Part shown: one piece after another, positions 1 to 8,961 of the stretch
How the letters are laid out: each line of letters starts with the position of its first letter
Numbering within the stretch: position 1 is the first letter of the stretch
Source of the DNA: an uncultured Candidatus Saccharibacteria bacterium
Lineage (GTDB): Bacteria > Patescibacteriota > Minisyncoccia > Phycocordibacterales > UBA2100
Reading direction: 5' to 3'
Length of the DNA: 46,955 nucleotides
NCBI GenBank assembly: GCA_964623775.1
Contig: CAZUVH010000001.1
Coordinates: 106,790 to 153,744 of the forward strand
Program-made: the position numbers and the translations under genes
Notes under the pieces: model-generated
What the model saw: only the letters and a program-made list of their open reading frames with translations
Database searches by the model: none
Told to the model about the DNA's origin: nothing

Positions 1-809
1 TTTTATATGTGACATCAGAGCGTTTCGCTGTTGATTATATTAATGCGGTACGTGCAGGACGGGCCAATAGCTTCAAGGATCAGTACCGCCAATATGACGT
101 CCTTATCATGGATGATGTGCAGTTTATAGCCAACACCGAGAAGACCCAGGAAGAGTTGTTTCATCTCTTTAACGCTCTTCACGATAACAATAAACAGATT
201 GTTTTTTCTTCCGATAAACACCCATCTCTTTTACCTGGTTTTGAAGATCGTCTGAAAGGGCGCTTTAGTGCGGGAATGATTGCAGAGATACCAGAACCAG
301 ATGTGGAGTCTAGAATAGCTATAATTAGAGCCAAATTAGAGCAACACGGCTTCTCGATTCCTGATGATGTAATTCAATACATTGCAGAGAATGTACGTGG
401 AAACATTCGTGAATTAGAGGGTGTTTTAAACATGATTGTTTGCAAATCCCAACTCAAAGGAAAGGCGGTTTCTCACACAGATGTGCGATCTCTTATAAAA
501 CACAATATAAAACCAAATCGAGGAATTTCTGTCGATGAAGTAGTCCGTCGCATCGCACAATATTACGAAATTGCGGAAAAAAGCATTTATGAGAAAACTC
601 GAAAGAAGGAGGTGGTAAAGCCGCGACAGATAATTATGTATATTTTACGTGAAGAGTTTGGTGTCTCATATCCTTCAATAGGGGAGAAGCTCGGTGGACG
701 CGACCACACAACCGTTATTCACTCCTGCGAGAAAATAAAAGAGGAGATTAAGACAAATAATTCCCTTGAACAGGAGCTCGATCATATCCGCACACTTATC
801 CACGCATGA
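1..809 (+). CDS. dnaA: Chromosomal replication initiator DnaA (5'-truncated by window edge)
   Basis: Walker B DVLIMDDVQF, QEELFHLFN, sensor NIRELEG and domain IV GGRDHTTVIH; lies upstream of dnaN. Confidence 0.98.
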   Translation, partial: LYVTSERFAVDYINAVRAGRANSFKDQYRQYDVLIMDDVQFIANTEKTQEELFHLFNALHDNNKQIVFSSDKHPSLLPGFEDRLKGRFSAGMIAEIPEPDVESRIAIIRAKLEQHGFSIPDDVIQYIAENVRGNIRELEGVLNMIVCKSQLKGKAVSHTDVRSLIKHNIKPNRGISVDEVVRRIAQYYEIAEKSIYEKTRKKEVVKPRQIIMYILREEFGVSYPSIGEKLGGRDHTTVIHSCEKIKEEIKTNNSLEQELDHIRTLIHA

Positions 810-1050
810 TCTGTTGATTACCTGTTAATTATCTGTTGATTGAGTATTGAACTACCGTGTTGATAAGAAAAGGAAAACAATCTCATAAACACAAATATAA
901 AAACTATGGCCGCAAAAAATCACTATTCACAGATCGCCACGAATCTTATTAGTGACTTTTCAACACTTTTTATAGACTCTAAAACCTTTTATTTAAGCGT
1001 TAAAAAGGTTTTATACACAAATCCACACCGCTAGTAGTAATAGTAAGATT
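796..1050. other. Replication origin oriC (dnaA-dnaN intergenic region)
   Basis: AT-rich, with several DnaA-box-like 9-mers (TTATCCACG 796-804, TGTTGATAA 858-866, CTATTCACA 923-931, TTTTCAACA 957-965, TTATACACA 1011-1019, AAATCCACA 1019-1027), followed by NTA trinucleotide repeats. Confidence 0.85.
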
Positions 1051-1064
1051 TTATATCCAAAAGT

Positions 1065-2162
1065 ATGAAGATGAGTACAACAAAAGAAAAACTACTTCAG
1101 GCGGTGTTACTCGCAGAACGTCTGACTGAGAAAAAGGAGTCTCTCCCATTACTTTCATGTATTTATATCGAGTGCGGAAAAGACTGTGTAATAAGCGCAA
1201 CGAATCTTGAAGCGGGTATTGAAGTTGTTGTCCCAGGCGAGATATCAGAAAAAGGAGCGGTAGCAGTACCTGCGGGTGTACTTTCACAAACGGTTCGCTC
1301 GATCAGTGGAGATAAAATCACACTTAAGACAGAAGACAGTAATCTTCTTATTGAATCCCGAGGCACCAAGACTCTCATAAAAGCCGTGCCACATGATGAT
1401 TTTCCAAAACTCTCTCTTAATTCTAAAGAGAGAAAAATATCTCTTTCTCGCGAAAGTCTCCTGTATGGTATTAGTACGGTTTCGTACGCTGCCTCACCGT
1501 CAATGATTCGTCCGGAGCTCGGCAGTGTGTATATATCTATTAAATCAGGTTCTATTACAACTGTTGCGACAGACTCTTTCCGTCTCGCGGAGAAAAAAAT
1601 ACCTGCAGCCGCGGGTAAAAATGATGCAGAAATATTACTTCCTATAAAACACACATCAGAACTGGTTTATATCCTTGAACACACCGACTCAGATCAAATA
1701 GATATTGCGATAGATGATTCTCAAATAGTTGTAGAAATTCCAGGAACGGTCTATATGTCCCGTGTCGTAGATAGTTCGTTTCCAAACTATAAAGAAATTA
1801 TGCCTAAAACATTCAATACTGAGGCAACGATCTTAAAAAGCGATTTTACCGAAATGTTGCGCAAAGCACGGGTGTTTTCCGGCACTGATCAACATATCGG
1901 ACTCCATGTATATCCTAAGAAAAAAATATTCAGCGCGACCGCACGTAGTAGTGACGTAGGAGAAATGTCTGATTCAATTGATGCGGCGCTCTCCGGTGAG
2001 GATATGGATATTAATTTTCATATCGGATATCTCTCCGACTGTCTCTCAAGTATCGATTCAGAATCAATCACACTTAAATTCTCAAGTGTCGGGAGGCCAC
2101 TTATTATCCAAGGAGTCTCGGACTCGAGTTTCACGTATCTCGTGATGCCCCTCAATAGATAA
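1065..2162 (+). CDS. dnaN: DNA polymerase III beta sliding clamp
   Basis: ATNLE, VATDSFRLAE and C-terminal YLVMPL motifs; 365 aa; synteny with dnaA. Confidence 0.97.
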   Translation: MKMSTTKEKLLQAVLLAERLTEKKESLPLLSCIYIECGKDCVISATNLEAGIEVVVPGEISEKGAVAVPAGVLSQTVRSISGDKITLKTEDSNLLIESRGTKTLIKAVPHDDFPKLSLNSKERKISLSRESLLYGISTVSYAASPSMIRPELGSVYISIKSGSITTVATDSFRLAEKKIPAAAGKNDAEILLPIKHTSELVYILEHTDSDQIDIAIDDSQIVVEIPGTVYMSRVVDSSFPNYKEIMPKTFNTEATILKSDFTEMLRKARVFSGTDQHIGLHVYPKKKIFSATARSSDVGEMSDSIDAALSGEDMDINFHIGYLSDCLSSIDSESITLKFSSVGRPLIIQGVSDSSFTYLVMPLNR

Positions 2163-2195
2163 CTGTTTTCCAAGTAAGGTGTGTGGGAATGAAAA

Positions 2196-4634
2196 CTACT
2201 GAATCATGAGGGTTATTGTTTGTTCAGATATACCTCCGTTAATTTTCTGAGCCACAGCACGCAAAGATGCAGGACCATGTGTTATTGGTGAGATCGTATA
2301 AAAATATGGTGGTTGTGTCGCTATACCCGCGATATTTCCATTTAAGTAGTAGGTGACCGAACTGAGCGGCACGTTTGCTTGTACGGTGGCATTAATCACT
2401 GACCCCCAAGGAATCATCGCCCCTTGTTGTGGTGAGGAAATCGAAAAATCATTATTCACCTGAGGTATGAGCGGTGTAGATGTCGACTGTAAACCAAGGA
2501 GTGCCCCAGGGTTCTGATTCGCCCACAACTGCACAGGATATTCCCAATATGCGAACTGTGGATCACTCGCGGGGTTTAATGGTTTGCCACCACGAGGATT
2601 GTTTTTGTCGAGCCAATACAAAATTTCATGAACACCTTGTGACGGATCTGTGTTCCAATTTCCTGTCAAAACCGGCGGAGCAGCGTATGGATTGTTCTCC
2701 GGTGCCGGTGCAATGAATGAATCCGAGGGATATTTTTGTATCGCGTACAGCACAAAATCATGCCACATGGGCGCAATAATGAACGCCGCGATCTTTTTTT
2801 GCATAGGGCTATTGTCGTTATTTCCGGCCCACGCGCCTACGGCGATACCAGGTGTATACCCAAGTACCCATACGTCGCGATAATCGTTTGTAGTACCCGT
2901 TTTGTCGGCAACATTGTATCCGGGGAAGTAGAGCGGTGAATCAGCCCCGAATTCTGGAGTGCGTGCGACATTGTCGGAGAGAACGTCGTTAGTGAGGCGG
3001 GCAATTTGTGGATCGAGTATGCGCACACTCTGCTCCTCGTATTGTTCAAGTATGTTTCCGCTATTATCTTCAACCTTCAAAATACCGGTTACTGGGTTTT
3101 TAACACCGTCGTTCGCAAACACCCCGTATGCACCAGTAAGTTCAAGAAGGTTGACCTCACCACCCCCAAGTACGAGCGTGAGACCATACCGATTTGGGTC
3201 GCCGAGAGTGGTGATACCCATGTTTTCAGCTAAGGTTATAGATTCTTTAATACCTGCCAAATACAATGTCTTAATTGCAGGAATGTTTACCGACTGTGCG
3301 AGCGCGTTACGCAGAGTTATTGGACCCTGGAATTTTCCATCGAAGTTTTGTGGACTATAACAAGGTGGCTCGTTGTTGGTGGTGTCTTCTGGCCTACAAT
3401 TAGTAGAAAATTGGGTCTGTAAATCAAACACGATTGTGTCAGGAGTATATCCTTTCTGATATGCAGCCGCGTACACGAAGGGTTTGAAAGATGATCCAGG
3501 CTGACGATTCGAAACAGCAACATTCACTTTTCCATCAATTGTTTCATCAAAGTAACCCTTTGATCCGATCATGGTGAGTATGTGTCCGGTCTTTGGGTCC
3601 ACCGCAACCATCGCCTGATTAGAAGCATCAAAGTTTGCCAACATACCAGGCGCATAGTTCGTCACAATTTCCTCCGCCTTTTTTTGCAGATCATAATCAA
3701 GTGTGGTGGTGACCTTGAGGCCCCCACTCTGGACGGCGTCAACACCATATTTTTGTTCCAAATATTCACGGATATAAAAGACAAAGTGCGGGGCCTTGAT
3801 ACCGGCGTCACTTTCCTTTCTGAACGTAACCTTTTCCTCCTTTGCCTTCTGATAATCCTCCTCGGAGATAAAACCATTCACCTTCATTTGCTGGAGCACG
3901 AAATTTTTTCGCACATCGAGCGCATCCTTGTGATTGCCGTACGGCGAATAGTATGTAGGACGTTGTGGGAGCGCCGCAAGATATGCTGCCTGTGCAAGAC
4001 TGACATCTTTTGCATCTACACCAAAGAAGTACTGACTTGCTTCCTGCACACCGTATATAGTGCCCCCATAGGGAGTTTCGTTGAGATATGTATTCAGAAT
4101 TTTATCCTTTGGATATATTCGTGTGAGCCTAAGAGCAAGAATTATTTCTTTAATCTTTCGAATCGGAGTCTTTCTCTGAGTTAGGAGGGCATTTTTCACA
4201 ACCTGCTGAGTAATGGTTGATCCCCCCTGGCCGATAATGCCCGGAATAATACGGAGATTTACGAGGACGGCACGGAGGAATGACTTGGGGCGAAATCCTG
4301 CGTTGGTATAAAACGTGTTGTCTTCAACAGCGATCGACGCCTGCTGGATATAAGGGGAAATCTGATCGAGCGGTACGGCAGTGCGACGCATTGTCCCATG
4401 CACATCATAGAGCACGATATTTCCGGTGCGATCATAAATTTTTGTAGATTGTGCAACCTCGCGATTCTGGAAGTTGTCGATTGTGGGGAGGGGAGCAAAT
4501 GCGGCCCAAATAATTCCAAAACTCAGAAATAGAAAAAAACCGGCCAATCCCGCGAGAATTGTTATTTGCAACCAGTGAGGCAGTTTGGGAAGGCGTGCAA
4601 ACAAAGCCCTCACACGACGCTTTGGTGAATTCAT
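2196..4634 (-). CDS. Class A penicillin-binding protein (transglycosylase/transpeptidase) with C-terminal Ig-like domain
   Basis: N-terminal TM; EDNTFY, GGSTITQQVVKN and RKIKE transglycosylase motifs; SSFK, SVN and KTGT transpeptidase motifs. Confidence 0.95.
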   Translation of the reverse strand: MNSPKRRVRALFARLPKLPHWLQITILAGLAGFFLFLSFGIIWAAFAPLPTIDNFQNREVAQSTKIYDRTGNIVLYDVHGTMRRTAVPLDQISPYIQQASIAVEDNTFYTNAGFRPKSFLRAVLVNLRIIPGIIGQGGSTITQQVVKNALLTQRKTPIRKIKEIILALRLTRIYPKDKILNTYLNETPYGGTIYGVQEASQYFFGVDAKDVSLAQAAYLAALPQRPTYYSPYGNHKDALDVRKNFVLQQMKVNGFISEEDYQKAKEEKVTFRKESDAGIKAPHFVFYIREYLEQKYGVDAVQSGGLKVTTTLDYDLQKKAEEIVTNYAPGMLANFDASNQAMVAVDPKTGHILTMIGSKGYFDETIDGKVNVAVSNRQPGSSFKPFVYAAAYQKGYTPDTIVFDLQTQFSTNCRPEDTTNNEPPCYSPQNFDGKFQGPITLRNALAQSVNIPAIKTLYLAGIKESITLAENMGITTLGDPNRYGLTLVLGGGEVNLLELTGAYGVFANDGVKNPVTGILKVEDNSGNILEQYEEQSVRILDPQIARLTNDVLSDNVARTPEFGADSPLYFPGYNVADKTGTTNDYRDVWVLGYTPGIAVGAWAGNNDNSPMQKKIAAFIIAPMWHDFVLYAIQKYPSDSFIAPAPENNPYAAPPVLTGNWNTDPSQGVHEILYWLDKNNPRGGKPLNPASDPQFAYWEYPVQLWANQNPGALLGLQSTSTPLIPQVNNDFSISSPQQGAMIPWGSVINATVQANVPLSSVTYYLNGNIAGIATQPPYFYTISPITHGPASLRAVAQKINGGISEQTITLMIQ

Positions 4635-4675
4635 ATCCAAATTTCACTCATTGTAACTTTTTTTCACCCCCAAAG

Positions 4676-5149
4676 CTAACCTCTTACGTGCGCGAGATGT
4701 GTGATACCGATCGCGATAGCGTCATACTCGTCATCGTGCTTAATTTTTTTATCGATCTTTAGGAGTGTGTGCAACATCCGTGCAACAGCGATTTTATCCG
4801 CTCTACCAGAACCAGCCACGGCGCTTTTCACCTGACCAGGACCGTATTCCGATACAGGTACTCCGAGGCGCGTCGCCGTTTCGATCAGTGCGCCACGTAC
4901 CTCCGCGACGCGCATCGCCGTCTTCTGATTTTTCTGAAAATAGAGTTTTTCGATCGCGAGCGCCTGTGGCCGATGTTCTTGGATCAGTCGCGCGCACGCG
5001 TTAGCGACTGCCGCCAAGCGATCTGAAAACTCATCCGTACCGGATGTTTCGACACAATCCGAGAATAAAAGCACCTCTTTATTATTCTCACGCTCAATCA
5101 CGGCCATTCCGCAGCGGCCATATCCCGGATCGATTGCGAGCACCTTCAT
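4676..5149 (-). CDS. ruvC: Holliday junction resolvase RuvC
   Basis: LAIDPG, AIEKLYF, AEVRG, DDEYDAIAI motifs. Confidence 0.95.
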   Translation of the reverse strand: MKVLAIDPGYGRCGMAVIERENNKEVLLFSDCVETSGTDEFSDRLAAVANACARLIQEHRPQALAIEKLYFQKNQKTAMRVAEVRGALIETATRLGVPVSEYGPGQVKSAVAGSGRADKIAVARMLHTLLKIDKKIKHDDEYDAIAIGITHLAHVRG

Positions 5150-5207
5150 TAAATAAGTATAGTACGTACAAGAAGGGCTCGAACTGTGGTTCGAGCCCTT
5201 TACATAC

Positions 5208-5600
5208 TCAGAGATACTCTAATGAAAGCGCATTGATCACTATATGTAGTGTGTTGTCGATAATGATCATGAGCCACACGGCGATGAACGGCGGCACGTC
5301 TTTAGAAAGTCCAGTCTGAGAGCACTCAGTCCACTGCCTCCATTCGGAAGGTGGTGCGAGGAACTCCTTTGCATACACCACATACCGCGCAAGTCGCCAA
5401 CGATCGATGGCGAAATGTGTTCCGACCATTATTACCGAAGCTGTAAACGACGGATGAAACATGATCAGGAACGGAATGAAGTAGACGAGCGCATGAACAG
5501 CCGCGGGGAGCGAACGTTTTGTCTTATTGTTCGCCATCCAGCCCGACTGCAACACATAATCGCCGATCACATGAGCGAGCACTTGTGCACCTGTAAACAT
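5208..5600 (-). CDS. DUF3307-like membrane protein
   Basis: AHVIGDYVLQ..WMA..K, HFAID and DNTLH pattern; hydrophobic; strong GGAGG SD. Confidence 0.75.
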   Translation of the reverse strand: MFTGAQVLAHVIGDYVLQSGWMANNKTKRSLPAAVHALVYFIPFLIMFHPSFTASVIMVGTHFAIDRWRLARYVVYAKEFLAPPSEWRQWTECSQTGLSKDVPPFIAVWLMIIIDNTLHIVINALSLEYL

Positions 5601-5674
5601 TTTTACCTCCCTATCTCTCTGTCAACGAACCTAGTCACAGTGTGAGGGACGGGGACATAAAAAACAATGTTCTT

Positions 5675-5691
5675 TGTCGAACTTTTCGACA
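5675..5691. promoter_or_regulatory. Palindrome TGTCGAA-ctt-TTCGACA, candidate operator of the adjacent TrmB-like regulator
   Basis: Perfect 7-bp arms between divergent genes, just upstream of the predicted -10 of the regulator. Confidence 0.5.
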
Positions 5692-5720
5692 CTTTTCCAT
5701 CCGCATGATATAGATACCCT

Positions 5721-6473
5721 ATGAGTACGAAAAACGGGGCTGAAATTGATGAGGCAATCAAAGGAGTGGGTCTCGGTGAAAAGGGTGCCCGGGTATATCG
5801 AGCGGCGCTTGAGCTCGGTGAGTCCAGTGTTCAGGAGGTTGCGCGCAGAGCAGCACTGAAGCGCACCACGGTCTACTACATTCTCGAAGAACTCAAGGAG
5901 GTTGGGACACTGCAAGAGGTTCGTCGAGGGAAAAGGGAATACATTGTAGCGGTTGAGCCACGTGAAGTATTGAGGCGGGCGCGAGAACGCGTCGACGCCT
6001 TTGCGAATGTGCTGCCTGAGATTGAGTCGCTCAAGCTTGCAAAATATAAAAAGCCGGGCGTCTATTTTCTCCACGGACCTTCCGGATTCAAGCAAGTGTG
6101 GGACCGTGTTTTTCAGTCAAAAGAAGATGAATATTACATCATCACCTCGGCCGAGCATTTTCTCGACTTCGTAACGGAAAAATATATCGTGAGCGAGATC
6201 ATAAAAGGGAAGCGGCTACGAAATTTTAAAAGCAGACAGCTCATCACTGACTCTCCTTATGCACGAAAGGTCGTAGCAAAGGATATGTCTGAAAATCGTA
6301 CCTCAAAATTCCTTTCACCGCGTCACACACTGCCATACACTGAGGTCGTGGGGGATGTGTTTTGCATACTCATATCGCCACGACCAGATAATCTGATCCT
6401 CGTGATAGAGAATGACGCACTCGCAAAAACTCGCCGATCATACTTCGAGCTTCTATGGAACGCATTACCGTAA
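5721..6473 (+). CDS. TrmB-family HTH transcriptional regulator
   Basis: GLGEKGARVYRAALELG...VARRAALKRTTVYYILEELKEVG winged HTH plus a C-terminal effector-type domain. Confidence 0.85.
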   Translation: MSTKNGAEIDEAIKGVGLGEKGARVYRAALELGESSVQEVARRAALKRTTVYYILEELKEVGTLQEVRRGKREYIVAVEPREVLRRARERVDAFANVLPEIESLKLAKYKKPGVYFLHGPSGFKQVWDRVFQSKEDEYYIITSAEHFLDFVTEKYIVSEIIKGKRLRNFKSRQLITDSPYARKVVAKDMSENRTSKFLSPRHTLPYTEVVGDVFCILISPRPDNLILVIENDALAKTRRSYFELLWNALP

Positions 6474-6474
6474 A

Positions 6475-7002
6475 TCACTCTGCGTTCGTATACACATCCT
6501 GCACGTCGTCGTAATTGTCGATTTTCTCCAAGATTTCCATAAGTGCTTTATCATCCTCTTCAGAAAGAGGGACCATGGTCTTTGGTGCGTACCCCTCGGC
6601 TGTCTTCTCGAATGCCCACGAGGCGCTGCCGGGGGAGGCGAGTGCAAGACCCATTTCACCCAAGAGGTGTTTGATCTCCTGCGCGGTACGATTGCGGCTA
6701 TCAGTGAGGCAGTCGATCATGATCGCACAGCCGCCCGGGCCGTACGTCTCGTAGAGGATTGATTCAAGTACTGCGTCAGTGGATGTACCTTTCTGCACGG
6801 CGCGATCAATCGTGTCCTTCGGCATATTGATCTTCTTGGCATTTTCGATGAGTGTACGAAGCGTGGGAGAATTTACGTCGCCATTCGCCTTTTTACTCTC
6901 AACGGCGATGCGTTTACCCATCTTTCCCCAGGCAACCGCCTTCGAGGCATCCTCCTTACCTTTCTGCCTCTTGATCTGCGCCCATTTGTTGTGTCCGGCC
7001 AT
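6475..7002 (-). CDS. yebC: YebC/PmpR family protein (short, 175 aa)
   Basis: MAGHNKWAQIKRQK, YETYGPGG, TDSRNRT and DDVQDVYTN motifs. Confidence 0.95.
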   Translation of the reverse strand: MAGHNKWAQIKRQKGKEDASKAVAWGKMGKRIAVESKKANGDVNSPTLRTLIENAKKINMPKDTIDRAVQKGTSTDAVLESILYETYGPGGCAIMIDCLTDSRNRTAQEIKHLLGEMGLALASPGSASWAFEKTAEGYAPKTMVPLSEEDDKALMEILEKIDNYDDVQDVYTNAE

Positions 7003-7013
7003 AGGCTGACAGT

Positions 7014-8024
7014 TTACAACATCGCTTGTGTTTTGGGCATATCAGCGCCGACATGGTCGTAACCTTTTTTAGTGACGATGCGGCCGCGCGGTGTCCTTTC
7101 AATCAGGCCGAGCTGCATAAGGTAGGGCTCGTGGACTTCCTCTATCGTGTCTTCTTCTTCAGATAGGGAGGCCGCGATAGTTTTCAAACCAACAGGGCCA
7201 CCTTTGAATTTGTCGATGAGGAGAAGAAGGATGTCGCGGTCGATTTGATTGAGCCCTCCTTCATCGATCTCGAGCATTGCGAGCGCTTTCTTAGTCGTCT
7301 TGATGTTGAGCGGTTCGCCATTTACCTCGGCAAAGTCGCGTGCGCGCTTGAGGAGGTAATTAGCGGTACGCGGTGTCGCCCGAGAGCGGCGTGCGATTTC
7401 CTTGAGAGATTCGTCGTCGATCTTGATGTTAAGAATTTTAGCGGAGCGTTTGAGAATTTCGGCGATATCTGCATCCGTGTAGTACTGCAGGCGGAACGTA
7501 CCACCAGAGAAACGGCTTCGAAGTGGCGCAGAGAGCATTGAGATGCGTGTAGTAGCGGAGATGAGTGTGAATGGCGGGAGCTCGAGCTGCACGGTACGCG
7601 CGGAGGGGCCTTTGCCGATCACGATATCCAAGACTCCTGCCTCCATAGCAGGGTAGAGCACCTCTTCGATGGTGCGATTGAGTCGGTGGATCTCGTCGAT
7701 AAAAAGCACGTCGCCCGGAGAGAGGTTGGTAATGATAGAGGCGAGGTCACCCACGCGCTCGATTGCAGGCCCCGAGGTCGAGCGCAGGCTTGCACCGATC
7801 TCCTTGGCCATCAGATGGGCCAAAGTAGTCTTGCCAAGGCCCGGGGGGCCATACAAAAGCACGTGCTCTGGCTGGTGGTTGCGGCCTTTGGCGGCCGTAA
7901 GCAGGATGCGGAGGTTCTCCTTGATGGAGCTTTGGCCTATGTATTCAGCCCAATTTTCGGGTCTGAGCGCTTGGTCGAGGGTGCGCCCAGCACTATTTTT
8001 TACACCGTCCGAATTACGATTCAT
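7014..8024 (-). CDS. ruvB: Holliday junction branch migration ATPase RuvB
   Basis: [39 protein letters not shown]. Confidence 0.98.
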   Translation of the reverse strand: MNRNSDGVKNSAGRTLDQALRPENWAEYIGQSSIKENLRILLTAAKGRNHQPEHVLLYGPPGLGKTTLAHLMAKEIGASLRSTSGPAIERVGDLASIITNLSPGDVLFIDEIHRLNRTIEEVLYPAMEAGVLDIVIGKGPSARTVQLELPPFTLISATTRISMLSAPLRSRFSGGTFRLQYYTDADIAEILKRSAKILNIKIDDESLKEIARRSRATPRTANYLLKRARDFAEVNGEPLNIKTTKKALAMLEIDEGGLNQIDRDILLLLIDKFKGGPVGLKTIAASLSEEEDTIEEVHEPYLMQLGLIERTPRGRIVTKKGYDHVGADMPKTQAML

Positions 8025-8120
8025 TAGTGTAGCCTAACCCCTTTTAAGGTATAAACAACTATCCTATATCGTTAAAAAATGGTGCTGGGTGGGATGCCGC
8101 ACCGTCTTGTTTGTTCATAC

Positions 8121-8148
8121 TTGACAATGGTATCTAATATGCTATACT
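8121..8148 (+). promoter_or_regulatory. Near-consensus sigma70 promoter
   Basis: TTGACA-16 nt-TATACT with extended TG; no convincing ORF follows before a terminator. Confidence 0.75.
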
Positions 8149-8183
8149 ATCCATTAGTGGCGCTTTCAGGCGCCTTTCTCATT

Positions 8184-8328
8184 ATTTAGAGACGCATAGC
8201 TTCGGGCGATGGTGACTTTGGCAAGGACGGTGGTGGGTACAACCCTTGGGTTGTATCACTGCCCCTATCCTCAGCTTCCAGTTGCAACATTTCCATAATG
8301 CATCGCCCGAACTTGTGCATCTCTAAAT
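8184..8328 (+). ncRNA. Rod-shaped structured RNA, 6S RNA-like
   Basis: 8184-8211 pairs with 8301-8328; apical stem 8229-8263; unpaired central region; own promoter and terminator. Confidence 0.6.
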
Positions 8329-8351
8329 CGAAAACTATTTGAACCATACCA

Positions 8352-8379
8352 CCCGCTTTGCGCCCAGCAAGCGGGTTTT
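8352..8379 (+). terminator. Intrinsic terminator downstream of the ncRNA candidate
   Basis: cccgctttgc-gccca-gcaagcggg followed by tttt. Confidence 0.6.
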
Positions 8380-8481
8380 GTGGTGTAATCGGGGTACCGA
8401 TTGCAGCTCCTCGGCTCGCAAATACAAATTTGATTAAATTTGCATTTGTCTCTCGCTACGTCGCTGATAAAATTATCGTTC

Positions 8482-8961
8482 ATGCTTGAGCGACCAGAAA
8501 ATAGTCTCGAAGGTAATGTGCGCACCCGCTATCGATATTTGAAACAAGAGCTAGAAAAACAAGGAATTATCCTCGACAGGAATACAAAAGTGCTTGAGAT
8601 TGGAAGCGGTAACGGTCTAATGCTCCAACAATTTAAAAACGACGGTGTCGACGCGATTGGTGTTGATCTGCGTCCACGAGGAGGGGAGGAGGTCTTGGAA
8701 GTGAAGGCTGTCGCAGAGCAACTTCCGTTCGCAAGCGGAGTTTTTGACGTTATTGTTTCGACACAGGCTTTTGATCTCGCCTCGTCACGTCACCAGGATC
8801 AGAAACAAATGGGGGAGGAATTAGTGCGTGTACTGAAGGATGACGGGATATATTTTGGATTCTCAGAAATGATGGAGGACAGGCCTGAGGGCCTCGTACT
8901 TGTCTCAGATCCGATGGATAGTGGCACGGCCGCGGTCTACAAAAAAGAAAAGACGGACTAA
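8482..8961 (+). CDS. Class I SAM-dependent methyltransferase
   Basis: VLEIGSGNG motif I, GVDL, AEQLPFASGVFDVIVS, RVLKDDG. Confidence 0.85.
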   Translation: MLERPENSLEGNVRTRYRYLKQELEKQGIILDRNTKVLEIGSGNGLMLQQFKNDGVDAIGVDLRPRGGEEVLEVKAVAEQLPFASGVFDVIVSTQAFDLASSRHQDQKQMGEELVRVLKDDGIYFGFSEMMEDRPEGLVLVSDPMDSGTAAVYKKEKTD

